The notes: generated by a model from the letters alone, not told the origin. A DNA stretch of 64,000 nt from Armatimonadota bacterium (GCA_039679675.1 JBDKUN010000050.1:60687-124686); one strand, 5' to 3'; positions 48,839 to 59,259 are shown, counted from the stretch's first letter. Made by a program: numbers and translations.

Positions 48839-49663
48839 TCAAACGCTGGTCAGCATGTCAAACAGTTGCTTTGCTTCGGCAAAGTCCGGGTCGTCCTTGC
48901 CTAAAAGCACGAATGCTTCGTAGTATACTGGAAACGTGCCGATGTCGCGTCTGGTCTCTTCTCCTGTGAGGGGTACGCCCCAGACCGGCCTGCCGCCGTC
49001 GATCATAAGGCGTATGGAATCGGTTATCTGTAGCTCTCCTCCCGCGCCGGGCAGAGTATTTCTGATGTAATCGAAGATGGACGGGTCGAAAGCATATCTC
49101 CCAGCGATGGAGTATTCCCCAGGACACTCTTCAGGAGAAGGTTTTTCGATAAGAAGGTCGATTTCGAAGCATGGCCCGTCCCATCTGGCTGGCCGGACCA
49201 TTCCGTAGCGGAAAGACTCCTCTTTGGGCGTGCTCTGTACGATTACCACACACTCGGCGTTCGTTCGGGAATAACAATCGAGGACTCTTGCGGTAGCGTG
49301 AGGCGGATTGAGCGGAGTGATCAGGGCATCTCCCAATGCGACCAGAAACGGCTCATGCTTGACATATTCTTCACTGCATAGAACCGCGGTCGCAAGCCCG
49401 GTCTGCTCTTTCTGGACGGTCCAGTCGATTGACAGGCCGGGATAGTCCCTGAAATAAGCAGGAATGGACGCTTTATCCTCCGATATGACAAACAGAACAT
49501 CCGTTATGCCGGTTCTTTTCAGCTCATCGACGATAATTTCGAGTACAGGCTTGCGCCCCAGGGGGAGCATCTCTTTGGCAATTACTTTTGTCAGCGGCAT
49601 AAGCCTTGTGCCCTTGCCCGCTGCCGGTATAACTGCCCTGCGTATCTTTCGTGTTTCGGACAT
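48839..49663 (-). CDS. galU: UTP-glucose-1-phosphate uridylyltransferase-like protein
   Basis: PAAGKGTRL..TK..KEML, LIEKP and GELQITD motifs. Confidence 0.8.
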   Translation of the reverse strand: MSETRKIRRAVIPAAGKGTRLMPLTKVIAKEMLPLGRKPVLEIIVDELKRTGITDVLFVISEDKASIPAYFRDYPGLSIDWTVQKEQTGLATAVLCSEEYVKHEPFLVALGDALITPLNPPHATARVLDCYSRTNAECVVIVQSTPKEESFRYGMVRPARWDGPCFEIDLLIEKPSPEECPGEYSIAGRYAFDPSIFDYIRNTLPGAGGELQITDSIRLMIDGGRPVWGVPLTGEETRRDIGTFPVYYEAFVLLGKDDPDFAEAKQLFDMLTSV

Positions 49664-49674
49664 GTTGTAAGTCT

Positions 49675-50340
49675 CTACTCGCTGAACCTGTAGCCGACGT
49701 TGCGGACGGTCTCGATCAACGACTGGTGCGGCCCCAACTTCGAGCGCAGGCGGCGGATGTGGACATCGACAGTCCGCGCACCGCCGTAGTAATCATAACC
49801 CCACACCCGGTTCAAGAGTGCCTCTCTCGTGAACACGCGCCCCTTGTGGGTGACCAAAAACCTGAGAAGTTCGAACTCCGTGTAGGTCAAATCCAGCGTT
49901 TCGTTTCCTATCCGGGCTTTATAGTTATCGACATCTACCTCTAGTTTACCCGCTTTTACCACATTTCCATCATCGGATGTCCCGCTTTTGATGAGCCGGG
50001 TCAGGATACGCGCTGCAAGCTCCGGCAGGGATACAGGCTCAAGCACGAAATCATCCAGCGGAGGAAGCGGAAGAGACGAAAGAGCGGATTCCGGCAGTAT
50101 ACCGATGATCGGAGCATCCTCGATCCCCGGCTGCTCTCTTATGGCCTCTATGAGCCGGTCGGATGAGTCCATAAGGCGCAGATCGGCGACCACAATATCC
50201 GGGCCGCCTTTCGAAAGCGCCATATCGAGCGCATCAAGGCTTGTCCCGGTGCTTGCGGTTATAACGTTCGACCCGGCCAGCGAACTTGTGAGCATATCCG
50301 CCAGCCTCCAGTCATCGGTTACAATCAGTGCACGATACAT
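49675..50340 (-). CDS. GlnR-like OmpR-family regulator with atypical receiver
   Basis: LDLTYTEFELL...GRVFTRE.LL..VWGYDYYGGARTVDVHIRRLRSKLG...TVRNVGYRF; directly downstream of glnA. Confidence 0.8.
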   Translation of the reverse strand: MYRALIVTDDWRLADMLTSSLAGSNVITASTGTSLDALDMALSKGGPDIVVADLRLMDSSDRLIEAIREQPGIEDAPIIGILPESALSSLPLPPLDDFVLEPVSLPELAARILTRLIKSGTSDDGNVVKAGKLEVDVDNYKARIGNETLDLTYTEFELLRFLVTHKGRVFTREALLNRVWGYDYYGGARTVDVHIRRLRSKLGPHQSLIETVRNVGYRFSE

Positions 50341-50343
50341 CAG

Positions 50344-51672
50344 TTATAAGACCGGCAGGTACTGCTCCAGCTCGAAGCTGGTTATCTGTGCCTTGAACCT
50401 GGCCCACTCTACTTTCTTGTTCTCTATCAGCTTCTCGAACACATGGCCGCCGAGTGTACGGCGGAGAAGCTCGCTCTTCTCGGCTGTTTTTATAGCTTCG
50501 TACAGGTCTTCAGGAAGAATCCCTATACCGAGCTCCGCCCTTTTATCCTCAGGAAGCTCGTAAATATTTCCTTCATACGGGTCTTGAAGCTCGTAGTTGT
50601 TCTCGATCCCTTCCAGACCGGCTGCAAGCATCGCTGCAAATGCCAGATACGGGTTGCAGGCCGGGTCGGGAGACCTGAGCTCGATCCGCATTGCGTCTTC
50701 CTTGCCGGGGCGGTACCCCGGTATCCTGATAAGGTCTGACCTGTTGCGCATCGCCCAGGATATGTATACCGGAGCTTCATAGCCCGGTATCAACCTCTTG
50801 TAAGAGTTCACCCACTGGTTCAAGACAAGAGTTATCTCCGGGATGTGCCTCAAAATCCCCGCGATATACTTCTTACCGAGCACTGAGAGGTGGAATTTGT
50901 CGTTTTCATCGTAAAATGCGTTTCGTTCGCCCTTAAAAAGCGACTGGTGTGTATGCATTCCGCTGCCGTTTTGACCGAATACAGGCTTCGGCATAAATGT
51001 CGCATAGACTCCGTGGCTGATCGCTACTTCTTTCACTACCAACCGGTAGGTCATAGTGCTGTCGGCCATGGTCAGGGCATCTGTGTAGCGCAAATCTATC
51101 TCATGCTGGCTGGGAGCTGCCTCATGGTGGCTGTATTCGACCGGAATTCCCATCGCTTCAAGGGTAAGTATGGTATCTTTCCGTAAATCCGTGGCGACAT
51201 CGAGCGGGGTGAGGTCAAAATACCCTCCAGAGTCCAGCCCAACCGGCGCACCCTGCGCATTTTTGAAGTAAAAATATTCCAACTCTGGCCCGACATAGAA
51301 TGTATAGCCAAGTTTCGCCGCGCGCTGCAGCTGCTGCTTGAGCACCCACCTTGGGTCACCCTCATAAGGCCGCCCGTCCGGGTAATGGATGTCGCAGAAC
51401 ATCCGGGCGACCTTGCCTTCCTCGCGGACCCGCCACGGAAGGAGGGTAAAAGTGCTTGGATCGGGCTTTGCTATCATATCGCTCTCGTCGATCCGCGCGA
51501 AACCCTCGATGGATGAACCATCGAACCCCATTCCGTCTTCGAGCGCGCCCTCAAGCTCCGCCACAGTGATCGAAAAGCTCTTCAAAAACCCCAAAATATC
51601 CGTAAACCACAGGCGGACAAACTTTACATTCTGATCTTTCGCCGCCTTGATAACATATTCTCTGTTTTTCAA
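50344..51672 (-). CDS. glnA: Glutamine synthetase type I
   Basis: FDGSSIEG, HHEAAPSQHE, FMPKP...NGSGMH and ELRSPD..CNPYL motifs. Confidence 0.97.
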   Translation of the reverse strand: MKNREYVIKAAKDQNVKFVRLWFTDILGFLKSFSITVAELEGALEDGMGFDGSSIEGFARIDESDMIAKPDPSTFTLLPWRVREEGKVARMFCDIHYPDGRPYEGDPRWVLKQQLQRAAKLGYTFYVGPELEYFYFKNAQGAPVGLDSGGYFDLTPLDVATDLRKDTILTLEAMGIPVEYSHHEAAPSQHEIDLRYTDALTMADSTMTYRLVVKEVAISHGVYATFMPKPVFGQNGSGMHTHQSLFKGERNAFYDENDKFHLSVLGKKYIAGILRHIPEITLVLNQWVNSYKRLIPGYEAPVYISWAMRNRSDLIRIPGYRPGKEDAMRIELRSPDPACNPYLAFAAMLAAGLEGIENNYELQDPYEGNIYELPEDKRAELGIGILPEDLYEAIKTAEKSELLRRTLGGHVFEKLIENKKVEWARFKAQITSFELEQYLPVL

Positions 51673-51799
51673 CTTCTATCCCCCTCAAACAAGGTGCAGA
51701 TGGTTTATTATACGTAGTTGCGGCTGATTTTTACAACAAGCGCCTTCTTTCAACTCATCTGTTATCATGATACAATCAGAGCTAATGGGAGGATGCAAA

Positions 51800-54106
51800 A
51801 TGAGCAAAGCTGTATTAAAGATCGTTCTCAGTATTTGTCTTGCTGCCATAGCGACGGCAGCTCATCCCTCGGCAAGCGGGCTGCCGGAGCAGACAGTCCC
51901 TCAACCATTTGGGGTGAACATACACTTCAGCGGTCAAAACGACGCTGCAATCGCCCAGTTGTCTGAGGCCGGGTTTAAAATTATCCGAATGGATATGACC
52001 TGGAGCAAGATCGAAAAGGCCAAGGGTGTATACGACTTCGAAGCGTACGACGGATTGATGTCCTCGCTTGATAATAAAGGCATCCGCCCGCTGTTCATTC
52101 TCGACTACACTAATGCGCTGTATGACGGAGGAGAACCGCCCACGACTCCCGCAGGGCGCGCAGCATTCGCCGCGTTCGCAGGAGCCGCCGCCCAGCATTT
52201 CAAAGACCGGGGAATCATCTGGGAAATATGGAACGAGCCCAACATCAAAACGTTCTGGAAACCCGGACCCGATCCTGAAAACTATACGGAACTGGCCGAA
52301 TCGGCATACAAAGCCATAAAAGCCGCCGATCCGCAGACAACGGTAGCCGGACCGGCAGCATCCAGCATAGATATCCCGTTTATCGAAAAATGTTTTGCAT
52401 ACGGGCTTCTCAACTCCATTGATGCTGTATCAGTGCATCCCTATCGCCAGACCGCGCCCGAAACGGTTATTCCTGAGTATCAACAGCTCAAAGACCTGAT
52501 CAAGCGATACGCACCCAAAGGAAAAGAAATCCCGATCATTTCAAGTGAGTGGGGTTATAATACTCTAGACAAGACCGAAGCCGGACAGGCGCAGTTCGCT
52601 GCCCGAATGTTCCTGGTCAACATGATGTCTGATGTAAAACTCTCGATCTGGTATGATTGGCAAGATGACGGCCTCGATCCAGCAAACAGGGAACACCACT
52701 TCGGCCTGGTCTATAACAATCTCAAGCCTAAGCCCGCATATAATGCCGTAAAGACTCTCACCCACGAGCTGGACCAGTGCAAACTGGCTTCGAGACTCGG
52801 AAGCAGGAATGATGATTACATCCTCCTTTTCAAGGGTCCGTCTGGTTACCGCATCGCAGCCTGGACGGCAGGCGAAGAACATAATGCAACCCTTCCTATA
52901 GATAACCCTAAAGTGCGAATGGTCACGATAGACGGCACTGCAAGCGACATAAGCCCTGAAGGCGGCAAGCTGGCATTCAAAATATCCCAGTCGCCGGTCT
53001 ACATCGAAGCAGGACAGAACGACAGGCTGGCACTCGAAGAAGCGATTACACTGAAAACAAGCCGCGAGCGGCTTAAGGACGTAGTAATGGCCGAGATCAG
53101 CAATCCGCTTTCCAGGCAGATCAATGGCTCACTTACAATGGCCATTTCCGGAGCAAAAACCATGAAAGAAGAGTTCAGCCTCGGAGCAGGGAAGAGCAGG
53201 ACATTCAAGTTCAGCCCGGAAACCGCCTGGGACGGCCTGTCGGATATGACCGCTGAAGCTGCGATTGCCGTCGATGGACTGAACGAGCCGATAACCCGGT
53301 CGATAGACCTGGGAACGGAGCATAGGATCACAGCCTATCCATCCTGCCCGCTCAGCAGAGTCCTGGAGTTCAGGATCGTAAGCCCCTTGATGGAGAAAAT
53401 GAAGGGCAAATTACGGTTATTCGACGTGAGCGGGATCAAGCCCAGGAATTTGACCACAGACTTCGACGTAGAGAGCCAGACAGTGGTCGGATTCACGCTC
53501 GAAGACCCCGCGCCGAAGAAATTTTCGTTCGGTTATGAGCTTGCGGATGTTACCGGCAGGGTAATATTGCGAAGCCCGGTGCTGAACTATGAAGTAATAG
53601 AAGACTTCTCGTCGATAAATGCCGGCCAGCAGTTGTCTGGCTACAAAGTCTCGCTCGCAAGCGGCACAGACAAAGCCGGAACAGTGTTTGCAGACGGCTA
53701 TATGATCGACACGCCTTACGCATCCCTTTCCGAAATCCCAAGCTGCAGGCTCAGATACGACTTGAAAGGAACCGAATCCTTCACCCTTGCACCTGATAAA
53801 GAAATTTCGATGGCTGTAAAGCCAGTAGCGATAGGAATGTGGATACGTGGTGATGGGACCGGCGGAATCGCACGCTCCCAATTCGTCGATTCCAATGGAC
53901 GGATATTCCAGACCGAAGGGTTCAAGATCGACTGGACCGGTTGGCGCTATAAGTCCATGTTACTTGGCGGGAATACGCAGGCTCCCTCCAAATTGGACAG
54001 CATATTCCTGCTGGATACCGGCGGAACAGCTGCCAAAGGCACGATCTATATCGGGCCTGTAATGGTTGTTTCCTTACCAGATCAGCCTGGTACATCCAAG
54101 TTATAG
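51800..54106 (+). CDS. Secreted clan-A glycoside hydrolase (GH5/GH39-like) with C-terminal accessory domains
   Basis: Signal peptide; WEIWNEPN, SVHPY, SEWG and HFGL motifs. Confidence 0.8.
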   Translation: MSKAVLKIVLSICLAAIATAAHPSASGLPEQTVPQPFGVNIHFSGQNDAAIAQLSEAGFKIIRMDMTWSKIEKAKGVYDFEAYDGLMSSLDNKGIRPLFILDYTNALYDGGEPPTTPAGRAAFAAFAGAAAQHFKDRGIIWEIWNEPNIKTFWKPGPDPENYTELAESAYKAIKAADPQTTVAGPAASSIDIPFIEKCFAYGLLNSIDAVSVHPYRQTAPETVIPEYQQLKDLIKRYAPKGKEIPIISSEWGYNTLDKTEAGQAQFAARMFLVNMMSDVKLSIWYDWQDDGLDPANREHHFGLVYNNLKPKPAYNAVKTLTHELDQCKLASRLGSRNDDYILLFKGPSGYRIAAWTAGEEHNATLPIDNPKVRMVTIDGTASDISPEGGKLAFKISQSPVYIEAGQNDRLALEEAITLKTSRERLKDVVMAEISNPLSRQINGSLTMAISGAKTMKEEFSLGAGKSRTFKFSPETAWDGLSDMTAEAAIAVDGLNEPITRSIDLGTEHRITAYPSCPLSRVLEFRIVSPLMEKMKGKLRLFDVSGIKPRNLTTDFDVESQTVVGFTLEDPAPKKFSFGYELADVTGRVILRSPVLNYEVIEDFSSINAGQQLSGYKVSLASGTDKAGTVFADGYMIDTPYASLSEIPSCRLRYDLKGTESFTLAPDKEISMAVKPVAIGMWIRGDGTGGIARSQFVDSNGRIFQTEGFKIDWTGWRYKSMLLGGNTQAPSKLDSIFLLDTGGTAAKGTIYIGPVMVVSLPDQPGTSKL

Positions 54107-54189
54107 CAATCTTTCTTGCAGTCGGTAGTCTGTTATAATAGGATTATTGCATTTATTGTAATTGAAAAGATAGAAGGAGTACATCTTAC

Positions 54190-55590
54190 ATGAAACCGTG
54201 CGCTGGATTAACAAGGATTACTACTGTGATCCTATCAGCGGCGCTGCTTCTAACCTGCCTGAGCGTTTGCCAGGCTAAAAAGAGCAAAAAATGGACCAAA
54301 CCTTACGCCATCGTTGTCAGCAAGGCTACTTACTCTGACAGCGCCTGGGCTGAGGTCGTAAACAAGCTGAAGGCAAAATACAATGCCCAAGTATTCGTTT
54401 ATGACTTCCCGAATATAGAAAGCGTGAGAAAACAGCTCAGCGACTATATGCCCTGGTACATCTGTGTAGTAGCAAAGCCCAACGAAGCTGACCGCAACCT
54501 TTTACGCAAAGCATCCGACACTATCAAAAGGCTGGATGACGACCCTTATGAAGACTCAATATGGGCAGTCATGACCGGCTACACTGCTGCTGACGCAATG
54601 AGAATGGTCAATGCAAAGAACCTGACCATCACCAAGGCACTCAGCGGCGTCGGAGACGGATGGCTGAACTGGTTTGATTCCGGTCTGGCCTTCAGCGAAT
54701 GCACGCAGAATATGAAGACCATCAAAGAGCACGGCAAACCGGCTCAATCGGTCCATGGACCGGACGATACTACTGAAGAGATTGTTCAGGCACTGAACAC
54801 TAACCAATATCAGATAATGTCCAGCAGTGGCCATGCCACTGAGCATGACTGGCGGATGGGTTATACCTACAAGAACGGCGCCTTCAGGTGCAAAGACGGC
54901 AACCTCTATGGACTCAGCTCCACAGGCAAGCGGTATGATATTTCGACGACAAACTCCAAGATATACTTCTCACCCGGCAACTGCCTGATCGGCCACATTC
55001 CTGGCGACAACTGTGATTGCATGTCTCTCGCCTGGATGCACAACGGGGCCAATCAGTTCTTCGGCCACATTGTAATTCAGGGACAGCCATGTTGGGCATG
55101 GAGCATGGTGGAGTATTTCTTCGGGCTGCAGGACAGGTTCTCTTTCGCAGAGACGGCATATATTTACTCCCAGACACTTCAGTTCGAGACAGCTGTTCTG
55201 GGCCACGAGTATCCATGCTGCACCCGCGACACTAAGGGCACCGGATTCTACGGAGACCCGGCCTGGAATGCCAAGATCAAAAAAGTCGCAACACCGGTAT
55301 ATGATCAGGACCTGAAAATTAAAAAGATCCCGAACAGCAACAAGTATAAGATTGTGTTCACGGTCACTGTAAATACGAACGGCAAGCTTCAGTCTCACCC
55401 TGTCGCTCTGCTCCCTTCCCGTTTCCAGAACTACGAGATCAAAAAGACCGATGCAGAGAAAGTCATCACAACCGATAACTTCATCATAATGCAGATTCAG
55501 TCTGACAACGGCCCGGCATTCAAGAAGGGCGACACACGAAGCGTCGAGCTGGTGGCTGAACCCTGCACAAAGTGGAGATTCGTGGAGTAA
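54190..55590 (+). CDS. Secreted protein, peptidase C25/caspase-like fold (paralog 1)
   Basis: Signal peptide; SSGHA and SPGNCLIG candidate His-Cys dyad; YGDPAW motif. Confidence 0.6.
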   Translation: MKPCAGLTRITTVILSAALLLTCLSVCQAKKSKKWTKPYAIVVSKATYSDSAWAEVVNKLKAKYNAQVFVYDFPNIESVRKQLSDYMPWYICVVAKPNEADRNLLRKASDTIKRLDDDPYEDSIWAVMTGYTAADAMRMVNAKNLTITKALSGVGDGWLNWFDSGLAFSECTQNMKTIKEHGKPAQSVHGPDDTTEEIVQALNTNQYQIMSSSGHATEHDWRMGYTYKNGAFRCKDGNLYGLSSTGKRYDISTTNSKIYFSPGNCLIGHIPGDNCDCMSLAWMHNGANQFFGHIVIQGQPCWAWSMVEYFFGLQDRFSFAETAYIYSQTLQFETAVLGHEYPCCTRDTKGTGFYGDPAWNAKIKKVATPVYDQDLKIKKIPNSNKYKIVFTVTVNTNGKLQSHPVALLPSRFQNYEIKKTDAEKVITTDNFIIMQIQSDNGPAFKKGDTRSVELVAEPCTKWRFVE

Positions 55591-55697
55591 TATCTTGTTT
55601 TAAGAATATTCAGTATTTTCTTTTTACACATTGCGTTTGTTATAATTAAAAAGATGGCCGACGGCCATCAACAAAGTTATGAAAGGAGTATCTTATT

Positions 55698-57092
55698 ATG
55701 AAACCGTGCGCTAGATTGGCAAGGATCACCATCATGATCCTATCAGCGGCGCTGCTTCTAACCTGCCTGAGCGCTTGTCAGGCTGCAAAAAGCAGCAGTT
55801 GGACCAAACATTATGCCATCGTTGTCAGCAAGGCTACCTATTCTGACAAATCCTGGGCCGAGGTCGTAAACAAGCTGAAAGCGAAATACAATGCCAAGAT
55901 ATTCGTTTATAATTTCCCGAATATCGAAGGTGTGAGAAAGCAGCTCAGTGACTATATGCCCTGGTATATATGTGTAGTGGCAAAACCCGCTGAGGCAGAC
56001 CGCGACCTTTTACGCAAAGCATCCGACACTATCAAAAGACTCGATGATGACCCGTATGAAGACTCAATATGGGCGGTCATGACCGGCTATAATGCTGCTG
56101 ATGCATTGAGAATGGTCAATGCAAAGAACATGACCATCACCAAGGCGCTCAGCGGTGTCGAAGGAGGATGGCTGAACTCGTTTGATTCCGGACTGGCTTT
56201 CAGCGAAGCCACAAAGAACAAAAAGACAGTCAAAGAGTCCGGTAAACCGGCTGTAGATGTTCCGGGACCCGACGATACTACTGAAGAGATAGTTCAGGCT
56301 CTGAACTCCAACCAGTATCAGATAATGTCCAGCAGCGGCCACGCCTCTGAAGACAACTGGTCGATGGGCTATACTTATCCGAACGGCTACATCGTATGCC
56401 ACAATGGAGACCTTTACGGAATCAGTTCTACAGGCAGCCAGTATAAGGTTTCTACGACAAACCCCAAGATCTACTTCTCACCCGGCAACTGTCTGATCGG
56501 CCATGTCCGGGGCGATAACTGTATGGCAATCGCCTGGATGCACAATGGTGTCAATCAGTTCTTCGGCCACATAGTCCCCCAGGGACGGCCATGCTGGGCC
56601 TGGAGTATGACTGAGTATTTCTTCGGGCTGCAGGACAGGTTCTCTTTCTCAGAGACAGCGTATGTTTACTCCCAGACTCTCCAGTTCGAGACATCCGCTC
56701 TGGGACATCAGTATCCTTGCTGCACTACTGACACTAAAGGCACCGGCTTCTACGGAGACCCGGCCTGGGATGCCAGGATCAAGAAAGTAGCAACTCCGGT
56801 ATATGATCAGGACCTGAAGGTCACGAAGATCCCGAACAGCAACAAATATAAGATCGTGTTTACGGTCACATTGAACACGGACGGCAAGATCCAGGCTCAC
56901 CCCTTCGCTTTTCTGCCTTTCCGCATCCAGAACCACGTGATCAAGAAGACCGATGCAGAGAAAGTCATCACAACCGACAACTTCATCATAATGCAGATCC
57001 AGTCTGACAACAGCCCGGCGTTCAAGAAGGGCGACACACGAAGGGTTGAGATGGTGGCTGAACCCTGCACAAAGTGGAAATTCGTAAAGTAA
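55698..57092 (+). CDS. Secreted protein, peptidase C25/caspase-like fold (paralog 2)
   Basis: Highly similar tandem duplicate of 54190-55590. Confidence 0.6.
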   Translation: MKPCARLARITIMILSAALLLTCLSACQAAKSSSWTKHYAIVVSKATYSDKSWAEVVNKLKAKYNAKIFVYNFPNIEGVRKQLSDYMPWYICVVAKPAEADRDLLRKASDTIKRLDDDPYEDSIWAVMTGYNAADALRMVNAKNMTITKALSGVEGGWLNSFDSGLAFSEATKNKKTVKESGKPAVDVPGPDDTTEEIVQALNSNQYQIMSSSGHASEDNWSMGYTYPNGYIVCHNGDLYGISSTGSQYKVSTTNPKIYFSPGNCLIGHVRGDNCMAIAWMHNGVNQFFGHIVPQGRPCWAWSMTEYFFGLQDRFSFSETAYVYSQTLQFETSALGHQYPCCTTDTKGTGFYGDPAWDARIKKVATPVYDQDLKVTKIPNSNKYKIVFTVTLNTDGKIQAHPFAFLPFRIQNHVIKKTDAEKVITTDNFIIMQIQSDNSPAFKKGDTRRVEMVAEPCTKWKFVK

Positions 57093-57180
57093 TTTCTTTT
57101 ACCAGACAACAGACTGCGGCCGCACTGATTTTCATATCAGCGCGGCCGCAGCGGGACGGAGTAATTGCAGGCCAGAGCCA

Positions 57181-57438
57181 TCACCTGACAAGCGTCGATT
57201 CCAGAGAGATAAGCCCCAGTCTCGTGGCGCGGCGAAAAGCCTGTACCCTGTTCGACACCTGCAATTTGTCGTATATGTTGGCCAAATGAAAATCGACGGT
57301 CCTCTTGCTCACATAAAGCGCATCGGCAACATCCTTGCTTGATCTCCCTTCGATCACCAATGAAAGCACTTCCAATTCGCGTTTTGTAAGTTTGACCGAG
57401 CGGTTTTCTTGGACCTCAGGTATCCCCATAGCCGCCAT
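57181..57438 (-). CDS. Stand-alone LuxR-type HTH regulator
   Basis: LTKRELEVL...G.SSKDVADALYVSKRTVDFHLANIYDKL motif. Confidence 0.9.
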   Translation of the reverse strand: MAAMGIPEVQENRSVKLTKRELEVLSLVIEGRSSKDVADALYVSKRTVDFHLANIYDKLQVSNRVQAFRRATRLGLISLESTLVR

Positions 57439-57530
57439 ATAGGGTGATCTCCTTTCCCTGCTCGCCTCACAAAGATATATTTCCGTACACTAACCAGGAA
57501 ATGAGAATGGAATTGACAGTAACATTTCAA

Positions 57531-57944
57531 TCAACTTGCGCGGGGCAGGCTCCTTTTGTAATCCCGCACCGGTTTTGCCGCAGGCGGTTTGCACGCGACC
57601 GGACGTTTGGAGTAGCAGGTAAGGTGAAATGCACCAAGAAGTACCATCATACCGATAAAAAGCCATGCCGCAAGTGATGCCAGCGCTGCCAACTCTACCC
57701 TGCTGGCGGATTTTCCGATGTACGATACACCGATGGCGGCAAAGGACGCTGCTAAAATCCACATAAGCTGGATGGCTGCATCCTCTCTTACCGGCCTCGG
57801 CAGGCTCCTCAGCCGTCTTGGGCCGTAACCGATCAAAGCGGCGGCGGCAAGACCCGCCATGCAAGCCTGTACGCTCAATAGCGATAACACAGCCGTAATC
57901 ATGACTGCTATCATAATTGCTTTCCACGCATTATACACTTTCAT
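57531..57944 (-). CDS. Hypothetical membrane protein downstream of lexA
   Basis: AGGAG RBS; several hydrophobic segments. Confidence 0.55.
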   Translation of the reverse strand: MKVYNAWKAIMIAVMITAVLSLLSVQACMAGLAAAALIGYGPRRLRSLPRPVREDAAIQLMWILAASFAAIGVSYIGKSASRVELAALASLAAWLFIGMMVLLGAFHLTCYSKRPVACKPPAAKPVRDYKRSLPRAS

Positions 57945-57965
57945 AGCTTCTCCTATTCGACTTCA

Positions 57966-58610
57966 TCAAACAAGCCTTCCGGCGTGATAAGACCTGACAA
58001 GCCCGATCACTTTTCCGATCACCTCGACCGAGCGCCCGTCGTCTTCCAGAATTATGGGTTCATAGGCCTGGTTTGCGGGCTGCAGCCGGACTTTTTTGCC
58101 TTCCCGGTAGACCCGCTTGACCGTAGCTTCGTCGTCTATCCTGACAGCTGCGATTTCCCCGTCATGTACAGCAAGATCTCTTGCAATTACGACATAATCC
58201 CCCGAAAGTATCCCGTCCTCGATCATACTCTCTCCCTTGACCTCCAGCATAAACGCCGATTTGACTCCGGCAAGCATTGCTTTTGGAAGCGGGACCGTAT
58301 CACAGGAAACCTCAGCAGCCAGAATCGGTTCTCCGGCTGCGATGCTCCCCACAAGCGGGGTATACGCCACGTCGTCAGGCGCTTCATTACACTCAACCCA
58401 ATCAGCAAGTCTGATCGCCCTCGCGCCGTGCCCGCGTATGATGGCTCCCTTGGACTCAAGCGCTGCAAGGTGCTTGGCAACGCCGTTCGGACTGCTCATA
58501 CCGAAATAAAGAGCGATCTCAGGGATACTCGGCGGACGTCCTTCCCGCCGTATGTGCCCTTTGATCATATCCAGCACTTCTCTCTGCCGTTTTGTAAGCC
58601 CATCAACCAT
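57966..58610 (-). CDS. lexA: LexA repressor
   Basis: LTKRQREVL...PPSIPEI wHTH; IAAG cleavage site; GESM Ser and ATVK Lys catalytic motifs. Confidence 0.92.
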   Translation of the reverse strand: MVDGLTKRQREVLDMIKGHIRREGRPPSIPEIALYFGMSSPNGVAKHLAALESKGAIIRGHGARAIRLADWVECNEAPDDVAYTPLVGSIAAGEPILAAEVSCDTVPLPKAMLAGVKSAFMLEVKGESMIEDGILSGDYVVIARDLAVHDGEIAAVRIDDEATVKRVYREGKKVRLQPANQAYEPIILEDDGRSVEVIGKVIGLVRSYHAGRLV

Positions 58611-58650
58611 ATTTCGCGACCAATATCCGGCTGCACTACAGCCAAAACTC

Positions 58651-58702
58651 TATAGGTGTAAATTATTACACCTATAATATCTTATGCCTGCCTGCTTGTC
58701 AA
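58651..58702 (-). promoter_or_regulatory. lexA promoter with perfect palindromic operator
   Basis: Minus strand TTGACA-17 nt-TATTAT; TATAGGTGTAA-ATTA-TTACACCTATA at 58651-58676 overlaps the -10. Confidence 0.75.
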
Positions 58703-58819
58703 TAGGCCGTGTAAGATAATTCAAGCAGAAATACTGTATCACGCAGCTGCTATCTTCTGGAATATATTAATGAGAGTACGACACAAACGAGCGTATATAT
58801 GTATTCATCTTGCCAGCCA

Positions 58820-59254
58820 ATGTCAAACAATCGGGGGTTCACATTAATAGAGGTAATGATCTCTCTGGGGATCTTCTCTCTACTCATAATCATATTTGCG
58901 ACTTCCGTTCCCCTTGCACGAAAATCGTCGCAGGTAAACGGGCAGTATGCGCAGGCCATCAGCCTGTGCCAGCACAAAATCGATCAGATGCGGGCAGTAG
59001 GATATGGGCGGATCAACTACACAGAGCTTTCCGACGCTGAAATAATAGATGAAAGTCCTTCCGCCTCGCCGTTTTCATTCGCCGGTGTGGACAATGTCGA
59101 CCAGTACCTTCCGCAGCCGACAGCGACCGTAAATGTTCACAGTATGAGTACAGATAAAATCATCGTAACGGTTACTGTCACCTGGAAGAATGCTACCCAT
59201 GAATCCAAGACAAGCACGGCTAGTCTATCTGCGATCATCACCAATGTGGAGTAA
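58820..59254 (+). CDS. Type IV minor pilin/pseudopilin (PilV-like)
   Basis: RGFTLIEVMISL prepilin motif; VTVTVTW. Confidence 0.85.
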   Translation: MSNNRGFTLIEVMISLGIFSLLIIIFATSVPLARKSSQVNGQYAQAISLCQHKIDQMRAVGYGRINYTELSDAEIIDESPSASPFSFAGVDNVDQYLPQPTATVNVHSMSTDKIIVTVTVTWKNATHESKTSTASLSAIITNVE

Positions 59255-59259
59255 TATCG

